Shown in pieces: positions 28,463 to 38,329 of a stretch of DNA of 64,000 nucleotides (position 1 is its first letter; each line of letters begins with the position of its first letter). The position numbers and the translations under genes were made by a program. Source of the DNA: an uncultured Acetobacteraceae bacterium (GTDB lineage Bacteria; Pseudomonadota; Alphaproteobacteria; Acetobacterales; Acetobacteraceae); NCBI GenBank assembly GCA_903907955.1, contig CAIVPZ010000016.1:123917-187916 (forward strand). Direction: 5' to 3'. The notes beneath the pieces are model-generated. The model was not told the origin of the DNA and made no database searches. It worked only from the letters and a program-made list of their open reading frames with translations.

Positions 28463-28666
28463 GCCGGGGCCGCGCCGCCGGACTCAGTCAGGCAGAGGAC
28501 CTGGCCACTGAATGAGTCCGTCTCCGGGTGCAGCACAGCCCTGGGTGGTTCCATTGCAGAATGGTGAAAAGACGGCGGTCGGGTTGACCGGGTATCGCAT
28601 AACAGGCGGTCTGAACAGCAAACGAAAGGCTGTGCCGAGGCGCGCGGGCCGCGTGGGTGGCGGCTT

Positions 28667-30073
28667 TCACGACGCGGCGAGCGCCGCGAAGGCCGCCAGT
28701 GCCCGGGCCCGTCCGGCGGCGAGATCGACGATCGGGGCCGGGGTGGAGTGGCCGATCCGCACGCCGGCCTGGGCCAGCACCGCGGCGGGCGCGGTCCAGG
28801 GGGCGTGCACCCAGCGGTCGGGCAGGGCGGCCAGTTCGGGCAGGAAGCGGCGCACATAGGTGCCGTCCGGGTCGAATTTCTGGCCCTGCAGCACCGGGTT
28901 GAAGATGCGGAAGTATGGGGCCGCATCGGCGCCGCTGCCCGCCACCCACTGCCAGGAGGCGGCGTTGCTGGCGAGGTCGGCATCCACCAGCGTGTCCCAG
29001 AACCAGGCCGCGCCGTCCTGCCAGGGCAGCAGCAGGTGCTTCACCAGCAGGCTGGCGGCGATCATGCGCACGCGGTTGTGCATCCAGCCGGTCTGCCAGA
29101 GCTGGCGCATGCCGGCATCCACGATCGGCAGCCCGGTGCGGCCGCGCTGCCAGGCGCGCAGGGCGGCGGGGTCGTGGCGCCAGGGCATGCGGCGGAAGGC
29201 GGGGCGCAGCGGTGCCTCGGGCAGCGTGGGGTGATGCCAGAGCAGGTGGGCGGAGAATTCCCGCCAGAGGAGTTCGTCGGTCCAGCGCGCTACGCCGGGG
29301 CCGGCGCCGGCGGCGTGCCAGAGCTGGCGGGCGGAGACCTCGCCGAACGCCAGATGCGGCGACAGCATGGAGGTGCCGTCGGTTCCGGGGCGGTCGCGCG
29401 CATGGTCGTAGGCGGCGAGGGCGGCGGCGGTGAAGGTTGCCAGCCGCGCCTGGGCGCCGGCCTCGCCGGGGGTCCAGGTGTCGCGCAGGCCGTCCGCCCA
29501 GTCCGGGCGGGTGGGCAGCAGGTTCCAGGCTTGCAGCCGGTCGGAGGCGGGGGGCGGTGGGGCCGGGATGTGCGCGGGGGCCGGCAGCGGCGGCGCAAGC
29601 GGGGCGTGGGCGCGGCAGGCGCGGGCGAACGGGGTGAACACGCTGTAGGGGGCGCCCGCCTGGGTGCGGATGGCGGCGGGGTCGAACAGGGTGGTGGTGC
29701 GGTGCAGGTGGAGCGGCACGCCGGCGGCGCGTTCCAGGTCCGCGGTTGCCGCGCGCGCCCAGGGTTCGAACGGCTGGCCGGCATGCATGGCGACGGCTTT
29801 GGTTTCGCGCACGAGGTCCGGCAGCACCTGCGCGAGGGGGCCGCGGCGCAGCACCAGCGGCGCGCCGGCGCGGGCCAGGGCGGCGGTGAGGGCGGCGAGG
29901 CTGTGGTGCAGCCACCAGCGGCTGGCGCCGCCGGGCGCACAGGTGCCGGGGGTGGTTTCGTCGAGAACATACACCGGCAGCACCGGGCGTCCGCTGGCCA
30001 GGGCGGCGGCGAGGGCGGGGTTGTCGGCCAGCCGCAACTCGCGGCGCAGCCAGAGGAGGACGGGGGCGGTCAT
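28667..30073 (-). CDS. phrB: deoxyribodipyrimidine photolyase (CPD photolyase)
   Basis: Start MTAPVLLWLRRELRLADNPAL at 30073. The FAD-binding C-terminal domain has WREFSAHLL, MHNRVRMIAASLLVKHL and WQWVAGSG motifs. Track ORF 28667..31204 (845 aa) is an upstream read-through of this gene. Confidence 0.8.
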   Translation of the reverse strand: MTAPVLLWLRRELRLADNPALAAALASGRPVLPVYVLDETTPGTCAPGGASRWWLHHSLAALTAALARAGAPLVLRRGPLAQVLPDLVRETKAVAMHAGQPFEPWARAATADLERAAGVPLHLHRTTTLFDPAAIRTQAGAPYSVFTPFARACRAHAPLAPPLPAPAHIPAPPPPASDRLQAWNLLPTRPDWADGLRDTWTPGEAGAQARLATFTAAALAAYDHARDRPGTDGTSMLSPHLAFGEVSARQLWHAAGAGPGVARWTDELLWREFSAHLLWHHPTLPEAPLRPAFRRMPWRHDPAALRAWQRGRTGLPIVDAGMRQLWQTGWMHNRVRMIAASLLVKHLLLPWQDGAAWFWDTLVDADLASNAASWQWVAGSGADAAPYFRIFNPVLQGQKFDPDGTYVRRFLPELAALPDRWVHAPWTAPAAVLAQAGVRIGHSTPAPIVDLAAGRARALAAFAALAAS

Positions 30074-30316
30074 GCGGCGTGAAGTTGTTTGTTGGCGCGG
30101 GTCTGTCCAGTGGGTTGTTCCGGCGCCATCTTGCGGCGGCGCCCCGGGGCTGGCTGGGAGTGGACGGGGTGGCGCTTCGCTTACCCACCCTGCGGCTTGC
30201 TGCGGCTTGCTGTTCCGGCGGAAGCAGGGCGCGGGGCCGGTTCGGTTTTTTCGTCGACTCGGGCAACGTGTATCGGCCAGAAAGAGCAAAGCCGCGCCGC
30301 ATCGAAGGAGACTGCC

Positions 30317-31192
30317 GTGATCAAGACCTCGGGTGTATCTGGGGGCGGTGTCGGGGTGGCGATCCCGACCCTGCCGGTACGCTGGCTTTACCGGTTTGCT
30401 TCGACCAACGCTTTCACCGAGCGCGGATTGTACCTGAACCTGGGCTACTGGGCCGAGGCGCAGACCATCGACGCGGCCTGCGAAGCGATGGTCGAGCTGG
30501 TCGGCCGGACGGCCGGCCTCACCAGTGACGACGAGGTCGTGGATGTCGGCTTCGGGTTCGCCGAACAGGATATTTTCTGGACCCGGCGCTTCGCCCCACG
30601 ACGCATCATCGGCGTGAACATCACGCCTGAACAGGTCCGGGTGGCACGGGAGCGCGTCCGGCGGCTCGGCCTGGAGGAGCGGATCGATCTGCGCGAAGGT
30701 TCGGCCACCGCGACCGGGCTGCCCGACGCCTGTTGCGACGTGGTCACCGCGGTCGAATGCGCCTTTCATTTCGATACCCGCGAGCGTTTTTTTGCCGAGG
30801 CCGCCCGCCTGCTGCGGCCGGGCGGGCGCCTTGTTCTTGCCGACTCGATCCCGGCCGGGCCCGATCCCAATCCGTGGCGGCACCCGTTGCGGGCGCTTCT
30901 GTCCGGCGCCGCCCGCGCCGCACTTGCAGTACCGCGCGCCAATGTCTATCCGCGCGAGGTGTACGCCGCGAAGCTGGCCGCAGCCGGGTTCGAGGCGGTG
31001 CGGGTGGAATCGATCCGGGACCAGGTGTTCCCGGGCTGGCACCGCGCTGTGGTTGAGGACCCCGGGCTGCGCCGGCGGCTTGGCCTTGGGGGACGGCTGC
31101 TTCGCCGCATTCCCGAGGCGAAGCTGTATGGATCGTTCGATTACGTCCTGGCCGTGGCGCGTCGGCAAAGCACGAAGGAGACAGGCAAATAG
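30317..31192 (+). CDS. class I SAM-dependent methyltransferase
   Basis: GTG start at 30317 preceded by AAGGAG at a 6-nt spacer. LNLGYWAE...VVDVGFGFAEQ is a Methyltransf_11-type motif I, and LRPGGRLVLAD is the post-II motif. Divergent from phrB. Confidence 0.65.
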   Translation: MIKTSGVSGGGVGVAIPTLPVRWLYRFASTNAFTERGLYLNLGYWAEAQTIDAACEAMVELVGRTAGLTSDDEVVDVGFGFAEQDIFWTRRFAPRRIIGVNITPEQVRVARERVRRLGLEERIDLREGSATATGLPDACCDVVTAVECAFHFDTRERFFAEAARLLRPGGRLVLADSIPAGPDPNPWRHPLRALLSGAARAALAVPRANVYPREVYAAKLAAAGFEAVRVESIRDQVFPGWHRAVVEDPGLRRRLGLGGRLLRRIPEAKLYGSFDYVLAVARRQSTKETGK

Positions 31193-31396
31193 GTGCCGCG
31201 CCACGGAGGCACGAAACGACCGCCGCTTTGGGCCGACGTGGCAAACGCCATCACCGTTGGTGGTATCGTGGGCGGGCCATGCCAGCGCCCCCCAGGCGAT
31301 CGGCCCTTGATCCGTCGCTTCGGGCGCCGATGACCCGCATGGTCACCCTCGCCGATTTGCGGGCCGGACTCCCTCATCGGCGGTGCTCAATGCCCG

Positions 31397-32605
31397 CTAC
31401 TTCTTGCCGGCAGCACCCGCCGGCTCGGATTTCAGCCATCCCACGAGGCTGCCCCACAGATCGGACGGCACCAGCCAGAGTCCGGAAACCGTGCTGGGAA
31501 GCTGGCCGTTCCATTTGGTGGTGGCGTCCAGCAGCGCCTTGGTTTGCAGGGTGGACAGCACCGGCGCGATCTTTTCCGCGGTGTAGCGGTCGTTCACCGC
31601 CTGCTGCACGTCCTTGTCGAAGCCCAGCGTGCCGGCCCAGCCGATATAGTCCAGCGTAATGCCCTTGGTGGCAAAGAACGCCGCCGCGTTCCTTTCGACC
31701 GCCTCCAGCATCGCGTTCACCTCCTTGTTGACGTTGTCGAAGGTGCGGGCGCCGATTTCGTGGCACACCAGCGCCTGCACCTTGCCGCGGCCGACCGTGT
31801 CCATCACCTCGGCGAGGTTCTTGCCGTAATAGACCGAGGTGAAAATCACCGCCGGATTGCTGCGGTCGCCCTGCGGCGGCTTGACGCCGAACCAGTAGAG
31901 GAAACGGGCGGCGTTTTCCTCGGTGACCGAGGCGGCGATGGAGATTTCGGCGGTGACGTTCAGTCCTTCCTGGCTCTGGCAGGGGAAGGATTCGTTCCTC
32001 GACGACGTGCCACGCTCACCCGCCCCCACCCATTCGCGGTTGTAGGGGGTGCGGTCGACCACGATCAGCCGCCCGGTCGGGACGTAGTAATCCGACCACA
32101 GGCTGCCGGAACCGGAGAACTTGGCGTGCGGGATGAGGAATCGTTTCGCGGCGATCTTGTTCGCCTCGAGGTATTCCATCGAGCCGAATTTCGCCTGGGT
32201 GTCCCTGGTCGCGCCGACATCCGGGATGAAGAACGCGGACTCGTTGGGCAGGATGAAATACGCCTCGGCGTAGTCGGTCTTGTCGTAGTAGGCGCGTGCG
32301 TCGGTGCCCGCCAGCAGCAGGCAGCCCATCAACATGGCGGCCGGGAACCGCCTGGCCCAGCCGTTTTTCAGCGGCTTCCACCAGATCGCCGCGAGGACGA
32401 GCAGCAGCGCCAGCACCGGCAGGCCCAGCCCGCCGAAGAACCGCACGCCATAGGCCGCTTGCGTATAGGCGAGCGCGCTGTTGTCGAACTGCCGCGCCGC
32501 GATCTGGCCGGAGAGCAAGGTGGCCGCCGGATTGAGCAGGAAGTTGACCCATCCATACAGCAGGATGGCGATCGCCGACGCCATGCCCCGAAACGCCACG
32601 TTCAT
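31397..32605 (-). CDS. membrane protein with an N-terminal 2-TM anchor and a large extracytoplasmic domain (SPFH/band-7-like fold is a guess)
   Basis: Start MNVAFRGMASAIAILLYGWVNFLL, an internal ATG of track ORF 31397..33094. A second TM is LPVLALLLVLAAIWW. No catalytic motif recognised. Confidence 0.4.
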   Translation of the reverse strand: MNVAFRGMASAIAILLYGWVNFLLNPAATLLSGQIAARQFDNSALAYTQAAYGVRFFGGLGLPVLALLLVLAAIWWKPLKNGWARRFPAAMLMGCLLLAGTDARAYYDKTDYAEAYFILPNESAFFIPDVGATRDTQAKFGSMEYLEANKIAAKRFLIPHAKFSGSGSLWSDYYVPTGRLIVVDRTPYNREWVGAGERGTSSRNESFPCQSQEGLNVTAEISIAASVTEENAARFLYWFGVKPPQGDRSNPAVIFTSVYYGKNLAEVMDTVGRGKVQALVCHEIGARTFDNVNKEVNAMLEAVERNAAAFFATKGITLDYIGWAGTLGFDKDVQQAVNDRYTAEKIAPVLSTLQTKALLDATTKWNGQLPSTVSGLWLVPSDLWGSLVGWLKSEPAGAAGKK

Positions 32606-32702
32606 GATGGTTTCCCTGTGCGCGGTTGCAGTCGCATTGTCGCCCGCGGATGATCCGCCGCCGGTACGGCCGCCTCCCACAACTGGTGTACCGTGGGCAC
32701 GT

Positions 32703-33449
32703 CTACGAATCAAATGACCGATCGTTTGGTTGTCCAGACAGCAGGTCCGGCGACGGGGGGCGGTGTGGCGCGCCGCCGGTACGTACCGGCGCATACGGGA
32801 AGCTGAACAGCCGCTCCCGCCCGAGCAGGAATACCCGCCCGCCGCGGGGAAACAACCCGGCGATTGCCGGGTCGCGCACGTCGAGGCCGCCGGTGTAGGC
32901 GCCGAATGCCGGCAGCAGCACCCGCCGCGCGTCGGCGACGAAGCATGCCCGCGATACCACCGTGCCGCGCACCGGCACCTGGGCCTTCGGATGGAAATGC
33001 CCGGAGATCTCGCCGGCGGCGCCGGCCACCGCTTCATGGCGGAACACCAGCGGCCCGGCCCGCCATTCCGCCACCGACACGCCGCCGATGCCATCGGTCG
33101 GGGTGGGGTCGTGGTTGCCCAGCACCCAGACGAATGCCGTTGCTGCCGTCATCGCCGCCAGCCGGGCCGCGTCCACCGCCAGCAGGCGCGACGGGCCGCG
33201 CGGGTCGTGGAAGGAATCGCCCAGCGCCACCACGGTGCGCGGCGCGTGCCGGCGCAGCAGCGCGGCGAGCCGGTCCAGCGTGGCCCGCGTGTCCCAGGGC
33301 GGCAGCAGCGCGCCGCGCGCGGCGGCGGCCGAGCCTTTCTCCAGGTGCAGGTCGGCCACTGCCAGCAGGCGTTGTGCCGGCCAGACCAGGGCGCCGTCGG
33401 GGTCGAGCATCAGCCGTTCGCCGGCCAGGTGCAGGGGGGCGAGCGTCAT
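32703..33449 (-). CDS. pdeM: ligase-associated DNA damage response endonuclease PdeM (metallophosphoesterase)
   Basis: Start MTLAPLHLAGERLMLDP. VADLHLEKG, ALGDSFHD, LGNHD and GHFHP motifs match the PdeM family. No lhr or ligase gene adjacent. Confidence 0.6.
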   Translation of the reverse strand: MTLAPLHLAGERLMLDPDGALVWPAQRLLAVADLHLEKGSAAAARGALLPPWDTRATLDRLAALLRRHAPRTVVALGDSFHDPRGPSRLLAVDAARLAAMTAATAFVWVLGNHDPTPTDGIGGVSVAEWRAGPLVFRHEAVAGAAGEISGHFHPKAQVPVRGTVVSRACFVADARRVLLPAFGAYTGGLDVRDPAIAGLFPRGGRVFLLGRERLFSFPYAPVRTGGAPHRPPSPDLLSGQPNDRSFDS

Positions 33450-33492
33450 GGGGTGTTGCGGCGAGGGGGCGGCATGGTGCCTGGGGCGCCGG

Positions 33493-35367
33493 CTATGCCG
33501 AGGCCGCCTCCAATGCCTCGGCGGCCTCCAGCCATTCGGACTCGGCGGCTTCGGTTGCGCGGGCGATGGCGGCGAGGCGGGTCTGGGCGGCGGTGACCTC
33601 GGCGGCGCGGCCGGGTACATACAGGGCGGGATCGGCGAGCTTCGCTTCGATCCTGGCGCGTTCATCCGCCAGTTTGGCGATGCGTTGCTCGGCGTCGCGG
33701 GCGCGGCGGCGCAGCGGGGCGGTGGCGGCGCGGGCTTCGGCGCGTTCGCGGCGGTCCTCGCGGCGGGTGGGGGCGGCGTCGGGCTTCGCGGCGGGGCGGG
33801 CGCGCTCGGCCAGCAGGGCGCGGTAGTCGTCGAGGTCGCCGTCGAAGGGCTGCACCGTGCCGTCGGCGACCAGCCAGAGGCGGTCGGCGACCAGTTCCAC
33901 CAGATGCGGGTCGTGGGTGATCAGCAGCACCGCGCCCTCGAAATCGGCGAGCGCGCGCACCAATGCCTCGCGGGCGTCGATGTCGAGGTGGTTGGTGGGT
34001 TCGTCCAGGATCAGCAAATGCGGCGCCTCGCGGGTGGCCAGCGCCAGCAGGAGGCGGGCCTTCTCGCCGCCGGAGAGGCTGCTGACCGGCGTTGCGGCGC
34101 GGTCGGCGTCGAGGCCGAAGCGGGCAAGCTGGGCGCGCACCTGGGCGATGGCGGCGCGCGGCAGGGCGCGGACCATGTGGTCCACGGGGGTCTCGGCGGG
34201 CACCAGCTCATCGGCCTGGTGCTGGGCGAAGTAGCCGACCTTGAGCTTGGGGCCGCGGCGCAGCTCGCCGGACAGCGGCGCCAGCCGGCCGGCGATTAGC
34301 TTGGCCAGGGTGGACTTGCCGTTGCCGTTGGCGCCGAGCAGGGCGATGCGGTCGTCCATGTCCACGCGCAGAGACAGGCCGCGCAGCACCGGGCGGCCGT
34401 CATAGCCGGCGGAAACCTGGTCGAGGGCCAGGATGGGCGGGGCGATCTGGACCGGTTGGGGGAAGTCGAAATGGGTGGGCGAGTCTTCGACCACCGCTTC
34501 GATGGCCGGCAGTTTGGCGATCGCCTTCAGCCTTGCCTGGGCCTGGCGGGCCTTGGTGGCCTTGGCCCGGAAGCGATCGACAAAGGCCTGCATGTGGGCG
34601 CGCTGGGCGGCGACCTTGGTGGCCATGGCGGTTTGCTGCATCGCCCGCTCGGTGCGGATGCGGACGAATTCCTCATAGCCGCCGGGGGTGAGGGTGATCT
34701 TGCCGCGGTCGAGATGGGCGATGGCGTGCACGCAGCGGTCGAGCAGGCCGCGGTCGTGTGAGACGATGATGGCGGCGCCGGGAAATCTCGCCAGCCAGGT
34801 TTCCAGCCAGAGGGTGGCTTCGAGGTCCAGGTGGTTGGTGGGTTCGTCGAGCAGCAGCAGGTCGGGGGCGGCGAACAGGGCGGTGGCCAGGGCCACGCGC
34901 ATGCGCCAGCCGCCGGAGAAGGTGCCGATCGGGCGGGCCTGGGCGGCGGCGTCGAAGCCGAGGCCGGCGAGGATGCTGGCGGCGCGGGCGGGGGCGCTGT
35001 CGGCGCCGATGGCGCGCAGGCGCTCGTGGATTTCGTCGAGGCGGTGCGGGTCGGCCGATTCGTGTTCGGCTTCGGCGAGCAAGGCGAGGCGTTCGGGGTC
35101 GCCTTGCAGGACGATGTCGGTGAGGGTGAGGTCGCCATCTGGGGCTTCCTGCTTGACCTGGCCGAGGCGGGCGCGGCTGGCCAGCCGGATGTCGCCGCCA
35201 TCGATCGCGAGGTCGCCGGCGATGGCTTTGAGAAGTGTGGATTTTCCGGCGCCGTTGCGGCCGAGCAGGCCGATGCGGCGGCCGGCGTCGATGGCGAGGT
35301 CGGCGCCGTCGAGCAGGGTGCGTCCGCCGAGGCGGATGGTGATTCCGGTGAGGGTGAGCAGGCTCAT
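33493..35367 (-). CDS. ABC-F family ATPase (EttA/Uup-like translation factor)
   Basis: Two ABC domains (GRNGAGKST...LSGGWRMRVALA...LLLDEPTNHLD and GANGNGKST...LSGGEKARL...LILDEPTNHLD) joined by a charged linker. No TM domain. Confidence 0.8.
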   Translation of the reverse strand: MSLLTLTGITIRLGGRTLLDGADLAIDAGRRIGLLGRNGAGKSTLLKAIAGDLAIDGGDIRLASRARLGQVKQEAPDGDLTLTDIVLQGDPERLALLAEAEHESADPHRLDEIHERLRAIGADSAPARAASILAGLGFDAAAQARPIGTFSGGWRMRVALATALFAAPDLLLLDEPTNHLDLEATLWLETWLARFPGAAIIVSHDRGLLDRCVHAIAHLDRGKITLTPGGYEEFVRIRTERAMQQTAMATKVAAQRAHMQAFVDRFRAKATKARQAQARLKAIAKLPAIEAVVEDSPTHFDFPQPVQIAPPILALDQVSAGYDGRPVLRGLSLRVDMDDRIALLGANGNGKSTLAKLIAGRLAPLSGELRRGPKLKVGYFAQHQADELVPAETPVDHMVRALPRAAIAQVRAQLARFGLDADRAATPVSSLSGGEKARLLLALATREAPHLLILDEPTNHLDIDAREALVRALADFEGAVLLITHDPHLVELVADRLWLVADGTVQPFDGDLDDYRALLAERARPAAKPDAAPTRREDRRERAEARAATAPLRRRARDAEQRIAKLADERARIEAKLADPALYVPGRAAEVTAAQTRLAAIARATEAAESEWLEAAEALEAASA

Positions 35368-35460
35368 GCGCGGGATGTAGCGGGGGGCAAGGGTTGCGGC
35401 TAGGCGGGGCGTGCTCTAAAGCGCCGCGCCTATCACCGCCGAATTCTGAAGGAGCTTTCC

Positions 35461-35883
35461 ATGGCGACCGAGCGCACGCTTTCCATCCTCAAGCCGGACG
35501 CCACGCGGCGCAACCTGACCGGGAAGATCAACGCGAAGTTCGAGGCGGCCGGGCTGCGCATCGTGGCGCAGAAGCGGCTGCAGCTCTCGGTGGCGCAGGC
35601 CGAGGCGTTCTATGGCGTGCACCGCGAGCGCGGGTTTTTCCGCGATCTGGTGACCTTCATGGTGTCCGGCCCGGTGGTGGTGCAGGTGCTGGAAGGCGAG
35701 GGGGCGGTGGCGGCCAACCGCGAGATCATGGGGGCCACCAACCCGGCCAATGCCGCGCCGGGCACGGTGCGTGCAGAGTTCGCCGAGAGCATCGAGGCCA
35801 ATTCGGTGCATGGCTCGGACAGTGCCGAGAACGCCGCTGTTGAGATCGCGTTCTTTTTCGCGGGCATCGAGATCGTAGGCTGA
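35461..35883 (+). CDS. ndk: nucleoside-diphosphate kinase
   Basis: [23 protein letters not shown]...[20 protein letters not shown] with the active-site His in NxxHGSD. Confidence 0.9.
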   Translation: MATERTLSILKPDATRRNLTGKINAKFEAAGLRIVAQKRLQLSVAQAEAFYGVHRERGFFRDLVTFMVSGPVVVQVLEGEGAVAANREIMGATNPANAAPGTVRAEFAESIEANSVHGSDSAENAAVEIAFFFAGIEIVG

Positions 35884-35901
35884 ATCTATCGGAGCGGGGT
35901 G

Positions 35902-35944
35902 CAGGGGGCCACTGCCCCCTGCCGGGTCCAGGGCAGCGCCCTGG
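35902..35944. repeat. REP-like double-hairpin element, copy 4, orientation A, between the convergent genes ndk and purN
   Basis: CAGGGGGC-cact-GCCCCCTG, ccgggt, CCAGGGC-agc-GCCCTGG. Identical to copy 3. Confidence 0.55.
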
Positions 35945-35950
35945 CCTTCC

Positions 35951-36574
35951 TTACTTCGGCGCGGGGTTAATGAGCGCTGCGTCCGGCGGCGGTAAAATTG
36001 CCGTCCCCTCGATGAAAGCCCGCAGCGCCAGCGGGTAGAGCAAGTGTTCCTGCGCCAGCACGCGGGCAGCAAGCGTCTGCGCGTCGTCGCCCGGCAGCAC
36101 CGGCACGGCTGCCTGGCCGAGGATGGGGCCGTCGTCCATGGCCTCGGTGACCAGGTGCACGGTGCAGCCGTGCAGCCTGACGCCGGCGGCGAGCGCGCGG
36201 GCGTGGGTGTCCAGGCCGGGGAAGGCGGGCAGCAGGCTGGGGTGGATGTTGAGCATCCGGCCGGCGTAGCGGCCGACCAGATACGGAGTCAGCAGGCGCA
36301 TGTAGCCGGCGAGGCAGATGATCTCGATGCCGGCCGTGTCCAGCGCTTCGGCCAGGCCGGCCTCGTGGGCGGCGCGGTCGCGCCGGTACGGGCGGTGGTC
36401 CACGGCGGCGGTGGCAATGCCGGCGGCGCGCGCGGTGTCCAGGCCCGGGGCGTCCGGATTGTTCGACAGCACCAGGGCGATGACGGCCGGGTAGGCTGGG
36501 TCGGCGGCGGCGCGGAGCAGCGAGGCCATGTTGGAGCCGCGTCCGCTGATCAGGATGCCGACCCGGCGTTTCAC
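35951..36574 (-). CDS. purN: phosphoribosylglycinamide formyltransferase PurN
   Basis: GTG start; [20 protein letters not shown]. Formyl-transferase motif [10 protein letters not shown]. Start overlaps the purM stop (GTGA). Confidence 0.8.
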   Translation of the reverse strand: MKRRVGILISGRGSNMASLLRAAADPAYPAVIALVLSNNPDAPGLDTARAAGIATAAVDHRPYRRDRAAHEAGLAEALDTAGIEIICLAGYMRLLTPYLVGRYAGRMLNIHPSLLPAFPGLDTHARALAAGVRLHGCTVHLVTEAMDDGPILGQAAVPVLPGDDAQTLAARVLAQEHLLYPLALRAFIEGTAILPPPDAALINPAPK

Positions 36575-37638
36575 GCCGGGGGGTCCAGCGGCCAGCCGGG
36601 CGGAATGTAAATCCCGGCTTCCGGTGGTGTCCCGGCCTTGGCTTTCTCGATGCTGCCGATTTCGAATACGGTTTCGCCCGTCTTTTCCAGCACGGCGCGC
36701 GCGGCCTGGGGCTCGGCGGTGACGATCGCCATGCCGATGCCGCAGTTGAACACCCGCAGCATTTCGTCGGCGGCAACACCGCCGGTTTGGGCCAGCCAAG
36801 TGAACACCGGCGGAACCGCCCAGCTCCCGGCATGGAGTACGGCCTCGGTGCCGGCCGGCAGCACCCGGGGAAGATTGCCGAGGAGTCCGCCGCCGGTAAT
36901 GTGAGCCGCGGCCTTGAGCAGCCCGGCATGGTGCAGGGCGAGCAGGGAGCGGACATAGATGCGGGTGGGGACCAGCAGAGCTTCCCCCAGCGTGGCCTCG
37001 GGGGCGAACGGGGCGGGCGTCGCCCAGCCCGCTTCGGTGGTCTCGACGATGCGGCGGACGAGGGAAAAGCCGTTGGAATGCACGCCGCTGCTGGCCAGGC
37101 CGAGCACGGTGTCGCCGGGCGCGACACCCTTCGGCAGCAGGTCGCCGCGTTCGGCGGCGCCGACCGCGAACCCCGCGAGGTCGTAGTCGCCGGCGGCGTA
37201 CATGCCGGGCATCTCGGCGGTTTCGCCGCCGGCGAGGGCGCAGCCGGCGAGGCGGCAGCCATTGGCGATGCCGGCAATGACGCGGGCGGCCTGCTCGACC
37301 GAGAGCTGGCCGGTGGCGAAATAGTCGAGGAAGAACAACGGCTCGGCGCCCTGGACCACGAGGTCGTTGACGCACATGGCGACCAGGTCGATGCCGACGG
37401 TGTCGTGGTGGCCGGTGTCGATGGCGATGCGCAGCTTGGTGCCGACCCCATCGGTGGAGGACACCAGCACGGGGTCGCGGAAGCCGGCCGCCCGGGGGTC
37501 GAACAATGCGGCGAATCCGCCGACGCCGCCGAGCACGCCGGGGCGGGCGGTGGCGCGGGCGAGCGGCTTGATCCGCTCGACCAGGGCGTCACCGGCGTCG
37601 ATGTCCACGCCGGCGGCGCGATAGGTCATGCTTGCCAT
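36571..37638 (-). CDS. purM: phosphoribosylformylglycinamidine cyclo-ligase PurM (AIR synthetase)
   Basis: [25 protein letters not shown]-terminus and DGVGTKL signature. 355 aa. Internal ATG of track ORF 36571..38280. Confidence 0.85.
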   Translation of the reverse strand: MASMTYRAAGVDIDAGDALVERIKPLARATARPGVLGGVGGFAALFDPRAAGFRDPVLVSSTDGVGTKLRIAIDTGHHDTVGIDLVAMCVNDLVVQGAEPLFFLDYFATGQLSVEQAARVIAGIANGCRLAGCALAGGETAEMPGMYAAGDYDLAGFAVGAAERGDLLPKGVAPGDTVLGLASSGVHSNGFSLVRRIVETTEAGWATPAPFAPEATLGEALLVPTRIYVRSLLALHHAGLLKAAAHITGGGLLGNLPRVLPAGTEAVLHAGSWAVPPVFTWLAQTGGVAADEMLRVFNCGIGMAIVTAEPQAARAVLEKTGETVFEIGSIEKAKAGTPPEAGIYIPPGWPLDPPA

Positions 37639-37717
37639 GCCGGACCTCGTTAAGATGCGGCCATGACCATATGGACCATGGCAGGATTGGGGGCAGGATC
37701 GGGGCGCGCAAACAACC

Positions 37718-38329
37718 ATGGCGACCGCGCGGGCGCAACCTGCGCCGGCGGGGGGCGGTGCGATGCCTGACGGTGCCCCGCTGCCGCGGCCGCTGGGGAC
37801 CGCGGTGATCAACCTGCCGAACATGATCACGTTCGCGCGGCTGTGTGCCGTGCCGGCGGCGGTGTGGCTGGTGCTGCACGGCCGTTTCGCGGCGGCGTTC
37901 TGGGTGTTCGTGGCGGCGGGCGTATCGGACGCGGTGGACGGGTGGCTGGCGCGGCGCAACGGGCCGACCATCGTTGGCACCGTGCTCGACCCGGTGGCGG
38001 ACAAGACGCTGCTGGTGTCGATGTATGTGACGTTGGCGGCGGTGAACCAGTTGCCGGACTGGCTGGCGATCCTGGTGGTGTTCCGCGACCTGCTGATCGT
38101 CGGCGGCATCCTGGTGCTGGGGGTGACCGGGCAGAAAGTGGCGATCCGGCCGCTGCTGGTCTCCAAGCTGAACACGCTGTTGCAGATCGTGCTGGTGGCG
38201 CTGACGCTGGCCATGGCGGCGACCGGATGGGGCTGGCCGCTGGTGACGCTGGTGCTGGCCTGGGCGGTGGCGGCGAGCACGCTGGCCTCGGGGGCTGCCT
38301 ATGTGTGGACGGGAGCGCGGGCGCGATGA
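37718..38329 (+). CDS. CDP-alcohol phosphatidyltransferase (PgsA-like)
   Basis: PNMITFARL...[12 protein letters not shown]...G...LDPVADK matches the CDP-OH_P_transf motif D-G-x2-AR-x8-G-x3-D-x3-D. Multi-TM. 203 aa. Confidence 0.6.
   Translation: MATARAQPAPAGGGAMPDGAPLPRPLGTAVINLPNMITFARLCAVPAAVWLVLHGRFAAAFWVFVAAGVSDAVDGWLARRNGPTIVGTVLDPVADKTLLVSMYVTLAAVNQLPDWLAILVVFRDLLIVGGILVLGVTGQKVAIRPLLVSKLNTLLQIVLVALTLAMAATGWGWPLVTLVLAWAVAASTLASGAAYVWTGARAR

Noticed and set aside
28463-28666. Imperfect inverted repeat GACTCAGTCAG...CTGAATGAGTC in the leader of the metallophosphoesterase gene as a regulatory element
   Set aside because: One mismatch and a 16-nt loop, a single occurrence, and no associated motif. 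Too weak to call.
28667-31204. 845-aa minus-strand track ORF spanning the photolyase and 1.1 kb upstream of it
   Set aside because: Only the part from the MTAPVLLW start at 30073 matches photolyase. The upstream 377 codons are Arg/Pro/Ala-rich nonsense lying antisense to a good methyltransferase gene on the plus strand. This is read-through of an open frame in GC-rich DNA.
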